DNA of 64,000 nucleotides from an uncultured Clostridia bacterium (GTDB lineage Bacteria; Bacillota; Clostridia; TANB77; CAG-508): NCBI GenBank assembly GCA_948676835.1, contig CAPOZU010000001.1, positions 58,633 to 122,632 of the forward strand, read 5' to 3'. Shown piece by piece: positions 31,023 to 37,084 of this stretch (position 1 is its first letter; each line of letters starts with the position of its first letter). The notes under the pieces were generated by a model. It saw only the letters and a program-made list of their open reading frames with translations, ran no database searches and was not told where the DNA came from. The position numbers and the translations under genes were made by a program.

Positions 31023-31721
31023 TTATTTGGAAGATTTGCTGCTACTTCCGCCTCTGCCAAGCAGTCTGATGAAAATATTAATCATATCCAAATACAGACC
31101 AGCGCAGCTGTTTACAGCATTCTCCAGAGTTTTCCTTTTCTCCTGAGCAAGTGCCCAATCATAGCCCACATATCCGCAAAACAGAATCACAATGGCAAAA
31201 TCCCAAAGTGTCGGAATGTGGATTCTAAACAGCAACATGATAATCTCAACAATAATTGCTGCCGACAGGCAAATAAACAGTGTTTTGCCCATAGACAAAA
31301 AGACATCCGGTTTGACTGTTGAAAAACCAATCATAACCAAAGTCACAATTACAGTGATTACACATGCGTTCAGAATTGACACATTGCTAAACTGCGGTAC
31401 GCTGATTGCAAGCAGAGTTCCTACTGCAAATACAATGAGATGATATCCGAGAAGCGTTGTACCAAGCCCTCTCTCTCCGTGGCAGATTACAATTCCCGCA
31501 ATCGCCACCACAAAGTAGGCGACGATGAAGAGAAACGGACTTGCCTCATACAGCTGGGTGAAAAAATCGCTGGTAAAGGCACACATCATCGCATTGATGA
31601 TGAACCCCCAGAGCAGGACAAAGCCGATGCTCAGGTTGTAGGCCCGTGCAGACATTTTGTCACCTCTCGAATAGTTTCCGCGTGAACGGTACTCATTAGT
31701 TGTGTAATTGGCTCTCATCAT
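31023..31721 (-). CDS. Bax inhibitor-1/YccA family membrane protein, compositionally foreign (about 45% GC)
   Basis: Seven transmembrane helices and the C-terminal ...AGLYLDMINIFIRLLGRGG motif typical of BI-1/YccA. Start ATGATG at 31721 is preceded by AGGAGGA (the track start at 31769 is too long). Confidence 0.7.
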   Translation of the reverse strand: MMRANYTTNEYRSRGNYSRGDKMSARAYNLSIGFVLLWGFIINAMMCAFTSDFFTQLYEASPFLFIVAYFVVAIAGIVICHGERGLGTTLLGYHLIVFAVGTLLAISVPQFSNVSILNACVITVIVTLVMIGFSTVKPDVFLSMGKTLFICLSAAIIVEIIMLLFRIHIPTLWDFAIVILFCGYVGYDWALAQEKRKTLENAVNSCAGLYLDMINIFIRLLGRGGSSSKSSK

Positions 31722-31755
31722 AATTCCTCCTGTTATTATTTGAAAAGTAGGTTTC

Positions 31756-31810
31756 GTGAGATATCTCACAGTTACCTGTTTATTATATCATATTTTTATA
31801 CATAATACAA
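31756..31810 (-). promoter_or_regulatory. Promoter TTGTAT-17nt-TATAAT plus a perfect 14-bp palindrome GTGAGATATCTCAC (operator-like) upstream of the BI-1-like gene
   Basis: -35 at 31805-31810 and -10 at 31782-31787 on the minus strand. The palindrome at 31756-31769 lies about +6 to +19 relative to the predicted transcription start. Confidence 0.4.
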
Positions 31811-31865
31811 TCCCACTTAAATATAAGAAAAAATAACTGCTAAATTATAGTAGTTATTCTCCTAT

Positions 31866-32477
31866 TTATACTTCTGAACTTGATAAAAGCAATATTTGTT
31901 CTTTTAATAAATTACTTACTTTATCTTCATCTTCTTTTTCAACTTTTTTATTTGTAAATTCAGCTAAATCTAATGGCTTTCCATATATAATTGCATTTTT
32001 AGAAAATGGCTTTGCAGGTCCTACAATACCTATTGGAACAATTTGTGCTCCAGTTTTTAATGCCATATATGCCGCACCATTTTTTATAGACCCCTCATTT
32101 TTCTCAAATCCATTTCTTGTTCCTTCTGGGAAAAGACCTATACATCCTCCATTTTTTAAAGTTTTTAATGCAGTCTTAAGTGATGCTATATCTTTTGAAT
32201 CTCTTTTTACATATATTCCTTCAAAAAGTACACCTAATAAAGCAAATAGTGGATTTTTTCTTAGTTCTTCTTTGGCCATAAATCTCATATGTCTTCCTGC
32301 TGTTACAACAATTAATGGTGGGTCCAAATATGTTCTATGATTTCCACAAAATATTACTGGACCTTCTTGTGGAACATTTTCTTTTCCTATAATTTTTACT
32401 CTATATACAATTTTACAATATGTATATATACATCCTCTTACAAAAACTCTACCTATCTTTTTTAAAATTTCTTTCAT
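31866..32477 (-). CDS. plsC: 1-acyl-sn-glycerol-3-phosphate acyltransferase
   Basis: NHRTYLDP (HxxxxD acyltransferase motif) and FPEGTR motif; 203 aa. Confidence 0.8.
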   Translation of the reverse strand: MKEILKKIGRVFVRGCIYTYCKIVYRVKIIGKENVPQEGPVIFCGNHRTYLDPPLIVVTAGRHMRFMAKEELRKNPLFALLGVLFEGIYVKRDSKDIASLKTALKTLKNGGCIGLFPEGTRNGFEKNEGSIKNGAAYMALKTGAQIVPIGIVGPAKPFSKNAIIYGKPLDLAEFTNKKVEKEDEDKVSNLLKEQILLLSSSEV

Positions 32478-32528
32478 ATTTTTGTTTATAAATTTTAAGT
32501 TTTAAAATTTATTTCTCCTTTTTATTTA

Positions 32529-33197
32529 TTATTTTCTCTTTGAATTTACTATATTTACAATCTCTTGGGCAACTTCTTCAATTGTCATATTAGTTGTATC
32601 TAGATATATAGCATCTTCTGCTTGTTTTAATGGAGCAACAGGACTTGTTTTATCATTATTATCCCTAAATTTTATATTTTCTAAAATTTCCTCATAACTC
32701 ATTTGTATACCTTTTTCTTCATTTTGTTTTAATCTACGTTTGGCTCTTTCTTCTGCACTTGCATCCAAATATATTTTTACATCCGCCATTGGAAATACAT
32801 TTGTACCAATATCTCTTCCTTCCATTACTATATCTGCATTTTTTCCCATTTTTCTTTGAAGTTCAACCATACGCTGTCTTACAATAGGTATATGTGAAAC
32901 TTGCGAAACAATACTATTTACATCTTTTTCTCTTATTTTATCTGAAACATCTTCACCATTTAAATAAAATTTATCTATATCATTAATTTTTTCTTGCTTT
33001 ATTTCTATTTTTTTAAGCATTTCATTAATTTTATCTATTTCATCTAAATGTATATTATTTCTTATCATGTATAAACTTGCACATCTATACATTGCACCTG
33101 TATCTATATTCACTAAATTTAATCTTTTTCCAACTAATTTTGTAATTGTTCCTTTTCCACTTCCAGCTGGTCCATCTATTGCTACTATGAATGCCAT
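32529..33197 (-). CDS. cmk: Cytidylate kinase
   Basis: MAFIVAIDGPAGSGKGT... The start at 33197 has a GGAGGG ribosome-binding site (the track start at 33212 is upstream and in frame). Confidence 0.9.
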   Translation of the reverse strand: MAFIVAIDGPAGSGKGTITKLVGKRLNLVNIDTGAMYRCASLYMIRNNIHLDEIDKINEMLKKIEIKQEKINDIDKFYLNGEDVSDKIREKDVNSIVSQVSHIPIVRQRMVELQRKMGKNADIVMEGRDIGTNVFPMADVKIYLDASAEERAKRRLKQNEEKGIQMSYEEILENIKFRDNNDKTSPVAPLKQAEDAIYLDTTNMTIEEVAQEIVNIVNSKRK

Positions 33198-33238
33198 AAA
33201 ATAACCCTCCATTATTTTAAGTAAGCTTTATTTTTTTC

Positions 33239-34090
33239 TTATTTATTATAATTTACACCTTTTACTACAATATCCATATTAAGTACATTCATTGCTGTTA
33301 AGTTTTCTATTTCCTTTATAATTTTCTTTCTTAGTAAAGACATTGTTTCATTAATATTAAATCCAAATTCAATTATAACTTCTATATAAATATACATTCC
33401 ATCATCAAAGCCTTCATGCTTTTTAATAATTGTTCTATATATTTTATTAACACCTTTTGTTTTATCTGCAACACAATCTATTATCTGTTTAAAAACTGTA
33501 TCTGAAATTTTAAAATTTCCCATATAACTAAATGTTGGTCTGATAATTGATTTTTCCGAAACATATGGTGCTTTACCTTTTCCAGTTGATTTAAATATTT
33601 GAAGTGGGTCTAACAAATATCCTGAAAAATCTTTTTTTATTGCAAATGTTGGAACTGGTATTACATGTTTACCTTGGGTAACCCTAACATTTCTTGCAGT
33701 TGCCATTTCTTCTTCTGTTGCCACATCTGTTATATATATAGTTTCTGAAATTAGAGGAAATCCTAAATTTTCTGCAATCCTTCTAACCATTTCATCTGAA
33801 GTTCCTAAAATTAATATACTATCAGGTTTTTTCTTTTTGATTACTGTTTGTACTTCCTTTTTTCTTTGTTCATTTTGAAATAATGCATTTCTTACTGTTT
33901 CAATTTTAGTTGGAGCCTTTTTGGCAGAAATTCCAGCTAATACTTCGTTTCCACTTATCAAAAGCCCATCATCAATTATATAATTAATTCCTCTTTCATT
34001 GGCTACCATCTGTGCTCTATAACTTTTACCAGTTCCTGATGGTCCAACAAAAGCATATACTTTCATTTTGTGTGTATCAAATAATAACAT
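33239..34090 (-). CDS. Hypothetical P-loop NTPase fused to an Asp23/Gls24-like C-terminal domain
   Basis: Walker A GPSGTGKS in the N-terminal part. The C-terminal 120 aa (IRPTFSYMGNFKISDTVFKQII...IEVIIEFGFNINE) resemble the alkaline-shock Asp23 family. Confidence 0.45.
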   Translation of the reverse strand: MLLFDTHKMKVYAFVGPSGTGKSYRAQMVANERGINYIIDDGLLISGNEVLAGISAKKAPTKIETVRNALFQNEQRKKEVQTVIKKKKPDSILILGTSDEMVRRIAENLGFPLISETIYITDVATEEEMATARNVRVTQGKHVIPVPTFAIKKDFSGYLLDPLQIFKSTGKGKAPYVSEKSIIRPTFSYMGNFKISDTVFKQIIDCVADKTKGVNKIYRTIIKKHEGFDDGMYIYIEVIIEFGFNINETMSLLRKKIIKEIENLTAMNVLNMDIVVKGVNYNK

Positions 34091-34179
34091 ATTAATCTCC
34101 TACAAAATTTCTATGATTGATATTATATCAAATAAATACAACTCTATCAAGTAAGTGTTATCTTATTTTAATATAAAAA

Positions 34180-34210
34180 GCTCAAGAGGCTACAATGTAG
34201 CCTCTTGAGC
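34180..34210 (-). terminator. 13-bp-stem GC-rich hairpin terminator downstream of the cassette 4 gene
   Basis: GCTCAAGAGGCTA-caatg-TAGCCTCTTGAGC followed on the minus strand by a T-run. Confidence 0.7.
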
Positions 34211-34241
34211 GAAAGTTGCAAAATATAAATATTTCTGAAAA

Positions 34242-34919
34242 TTAAATGTTGTGTTCCAATATTACCTTAATAATATTTTCATCTGCCTCAAGCGGATTAA
34301 AACTTCTCAAATAATCAATCCCCTTATATACAGCAAATGGATCAACATATGAAAATTGCTTATCCTCAATGAAGTTTACAACTCCAAGTTCTAAAACTTC
34401 TGAAGAAAGAATAACATCAGGATATCTGTCACGCACACATGCATTTAACCTATCCCAATCACTATGCAATTTCTTGGTTTCAGCTTTTCTAAGCTCATCA
34501 ATATCCACATCTTTAGGAGTCTGCCTCATCACCTGCTCAAATTTCTTATCAATATCAAGCAAAGCATATACCATCTCATCTGTAATCAGATGCCACAAAT
34601 ACCCTTTATAAAAAGGATTTGCCTTTTCCTGATTAGACAAACTCTGCCAAAAAGTTAAAACATCCGGCTGGCTGCTTACACCATAGTGCAATCCGTCAGT
34701 ACTTCCGATTTTCTCTTTCTGCTTAATCCTTTCCTCCAAGATTTTATAATCCGGCATATCAGGAGTTTTCAGAGAATTGTACTTTTCGCAGGCACCACTG
34801 ATTCCATACATTCTAAAATGTTTTTTAAGAATATCAGGTGCTTCAATTCCCCGTAAAAAACTCAGATTTTCCCGTGCCTTTGGGGTACATGCTGCAAAAT
34901 GAATATAATAGCCTGGCAT
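34242..34919 (-). CDS. Hypothetical 226-aa protein, compositionally foreign (about 40% GC); possible metal-dependent hydrolase
   Basis: True start MPGYYIHFAACTP at 34919, with AAAGGAG 6 nt upstream. The longer track frame begins inside the -35 box. Motifs YIHFAA and WHLITD (H-x3-D) are reminiscent of the zinc-dependent PLC/P1-nuclease fold, but this is weak. Confidence 0.5.
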   Translation of the reverse strand: MPGYYIHFAACTPKARENLSFLRGIEAPDILKKHFRMYGISGACEKYNSLKTPDMPDYKILEERIKQKEKIGSTDGLHYGVSSQPDVLTFWQSLSNQEKANPFYKGYLWHLITDEMVYALLDIDKKFEQVMRQTPKDVDIDELRKAETKKLHSDWDRLNACVRDRYPDVILSSEVLELGVVNFIEDKQFSYVDPFAVYKGIDYLRSFNPLEADENIIKVILEHNI

Positions 34920-34942
34920 ATAATGCTCCTTTCTTAAACCGC

Positions 34943-35012
34943 GTACTGCAAAAACAGTACTTACAACATTTACGACATCGGATAGTATAACACGCATATA
35001 TTTTAATGTCAA
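34943..35012 (-). promoter_or_regulatory. Consensus promoter TTGACA-17nt-TATACT plus inverted repeat GTACTG-n6-CAGTAC in the leader of the cassette 4 gene
   Basis: -35 at 35007-35012 and -10 at 34984-34989 on the minus strand. The palindrome at 34943-34960 lies between the transcription start and the ribosome-binding site. Confidence 0.45.
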
Positions 35013-35013
35013 C

Positions 35014-35220
35014 TTAATTATTAGGATATATTATTCTAGCTTCAAATTTCCATCTTGCCACACCACTTTCAATTTTCGTTTTTGTTTCACCAAAATATGT
35101 ATTTTTTAATACATAAAATTTCTCTCCACTCCTAAAACTAGTTATTAAAATTAGCAATATTAATAAAATTAAAATTAATAGTTTTATAAGTAATTCTTTA
35201 TTATAATTCTGTAATTTCAT
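35014..35220 (-). CDS. Small (68 aa) membrane or secreted peptide with a TasA-like N-terminal motif (VARWKFEA)
   Basis: N-terminal hydrophobic segment LLIKLLILILLILLILI. The ARWKF motif matches IARWNF in the TasA-like protein at 36100-36684. Confidence 0.35.
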   Translation of the reverse strand: MKLQNYNKELLIKLLILILLILLILITSFRSGEKFYVLKNTYFGETKTKIESGVARWKFEARIIYPNN

Positions 35221-35377
35221 AATTACTATTTTCTCCTGTATTTAAATTTTCTTCAATTGTAAATCTGACTTTAATTGTATCTAAAACTTCGTAATATCTT
35301 GCAATAGCTTTATTTTGTATTAATAATAAAATAATAGCAAACAATATTGTTATTCTTATCATCTTAATTTTTTTCAT
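35201..35377 (-). CDS. Small (58 aa) signal-peptide-bearing peptide homologous to the TasA-like N-terminus; overlaps sipW's 3' end
   Basis: MKKIKMIRITILFAIILLLIQNKAIARYYEVLDTIKVRF... versus the TasA-like SFARYYKSIKIDTIKTS. Ribosome-binding site GGAGGGAGA upstream. Not in the track because under 60 aa. Confidence 0.3.
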   Translation of the reverse strand: MKKIKMIRITILFAIILLLIQNKAIARYYEVLDTIKVRFTIEENLNTGENSNYEITEL

Positions 35378-35915
35378 TAATCTCTCCCTCCTTTTTAATC
35401 TCTTCTAATTCTACTTTTTCTTCTGTGTTTTCATTTATAGTGTTTTTACTATTTCTTTTAATAATTATAAAATATAAATTTACTACAATGAATGAAATTA
35501 CATAAACTACTACTATAGGTTTTAAAAAATATAAAACAAAACTTCCGAGTATTTTTGAATGATAAATAACTTTTCCTTTTATATTATTATTTGAATTTTC
35601 TCCATCACTTAAATTGTTAGCATCTCCTTTTGCAATAAAAGTATCTTGATTCATTTCAATTATTCTATGAGTTACTAAAAAACCTTCATCGTCTTGATAT
35701 GTAATAATATCTCCTATTTTATAATATTCTCTATCAGATATAATTACTAAATCACCTGCGTTTATTTCTGGCTCCATACTCCCTGTTGTAACTATTACAA
35801 CTGATTTTCCAAATATTTTTATTAAATTATCTTTTAAAATAAATTTTGAATAAAATATATTAATAAAAAAAATAATTATTAAAAAAATTAGAATATTGCT
35901 TATTAATTTTTTCAT
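35364..35915 (-). CDS. sipW: Signal peptidase I, SipW type (archaeal/eukaryotic-like)
   Basis: VVIVTTGSMEP catalytic-serine motif, followed by GDLVII...THRII. 183 aa with N- and C-terminal transmembrane segments. Confidence 0.8.
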   Translation of the reverse strand: MKKLISNILIFLIIIFFINIFYSKFILKDNLIKIFGKSVVIVTTGSMEPEINAGDLVIISDREYYKIGDIITYQDDEGFLVTHRIIEMNQDTFIAKGDANNLSDGENSNNNIKGKVIYHSKILGSFVLYFLKPIVVVYVISFIVVNLYFIIIKRNSKNTINENTEEKVELEEIKKEGEINEKN

Positions 35916-36099
35916 ATTTTCTCCTTTTCTAATAAAAGCCTTCTGCTAAAAATATTTAAATATTGGATTTAAAATTTATTCTTAGCAGAGGGCTTTTAAA
36001 TAAGATTTCCCCCTGCTTTTAATTTTTAATATATAAAGTTTTATAGGATTTTATTGGTAAATATTGTCTTTTGTATTATAGAAAGGTAACTTTTCTTAA

Positions 36100-36684
36100 T
36101 TAGTTTAAATTGGCTTGCTTGCCAATAATTTGGATATCAAACCCACAATCTAAAGATACTATTTCGTTGGTTGTATCTAATGTAGCATCTTCACTATCTG
36201 TAGATGATTCATCATCTTCATTAAATGGCCAATTCCAATAAACAACTATTGTTCTCTTTTGATTATTGGTTTCAACTGGAATTGTTCCTTTTAGATTTTC
36301 TGCTGCTATTTCTGCAAAAGAATTCTTTTCTTCTGTTTTAGCAACATTACCATTTTCATCTTTTGTTTCTGTATAAAATGTCATGTTTCTAGGAATATTA
36401 GTTTCATTTTCTACTTTGATTTCATATTCAACTGGTACTTCAGAGTCTGTGGCATCCACTTCAATTTCAAATTGACCACTAGAGCCAGGAGCAATTTTCT
36501 CGTTTGATAGATTTATATTAGCTAATGTATTTTTAGAATTAAAATTCCATCTAGCTATACTTGTTTTTATTGTATCTATTTTTATAGATTTATAATATCT
36601 AGCAAAAGAATATCCTGCTAAAAACATAGTTGAAATAAGAAGGATACAAACTAATACTCCAATTACTCTTTTTTTATTTTTCAT
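36100..36684 (-). CDS. TasA/camelysin-family secreted protein (SipW-cognate signal peptide)
   Basis: 194 aa, with a signal peptide followed by an AGYSFARYY motif analogous to the TasA/CalY SipW-cognate signal. Adjacent to sipW. Confidence 0.6.
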   Translation of the reverse strand: MKNKKRVIGVLVCILLISTMFLAGYSFARYYKSIKIDTIKTSIARWNFNSKNTLANINLSNEKIAPGSSGQFEIEVDATDSEVPVEYEIKVENETNIPRNMTFYTETKDENGNVAKTEEKNSFAEIAAENLKGTIPVETNNQKRTIVVYWNWPFNEDDESSTDSEDATLDTTNEIVSLDCGFDIQIIGKQANLN

Positions 36685-37050
36685 TAAACCTCCTTTTATT
36701 AAATTTTAAGTTAAATATTAAAACTGTATTTAAAAAATTTATGATTATTAGTTTAGGGGCATAAAAAAACAAACTATCACATGAATTAAATTTTGTAAGA
36801 ATTTCCGTGCTTGGGGGCGCAACAAAAAAACATTTAATTATATTATTTAATTTTAATTTTTTGGAAAATCTGTAAATATCAGAACGATATCTACTTCTTA
36901 GATTATTAAATACAGTTAAAATATTTAACTTGCCCCAGATTATAACATCATATTTTTTATTTGTAAATACTTTTATTAAAAATTTTATTATTTTTTATAG
37001 AATTTTAACTAAACTCATATTTAATCGCAATAAAACACAATATATATAAA

Positions 37051-37077
37051 AGAAACGTCTAATGTATAGACGTTTCT
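37051..37077 (-). terminator. Hairpin terminator downstream of glgP
   Basis: AGAAACGTCTA-atgta-TAGACGTTTCT flanked by A and T runs. Confidence 0.6.
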
Positions 37078-37084
37078 TTTTAAT

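Noticed and set aside
30866-31685. Open reading frames 30866-31060(-), 30964-31146(+), 31192-31443(+) and 31440-31685(+)
   Set aside because: They overlap the BI-1-like gene or its terminator in other frames or on the other strand. They have no ribosome-binding sites, and the BI-1 reading frame explains the region.
34242-35012. Track open reading frame starting MTLKYMRVIL at 35012 as the start of the cassette 4 protein
   Set aside because: The ATG at 35010-35012 is part of the TTGACAT -35 box. A strong AAAGGAG ribosome-binding site precedes the internal ATG at 34919. The upstream 31 codons are AT-rich leader sequence containing the operator-like palindrome.
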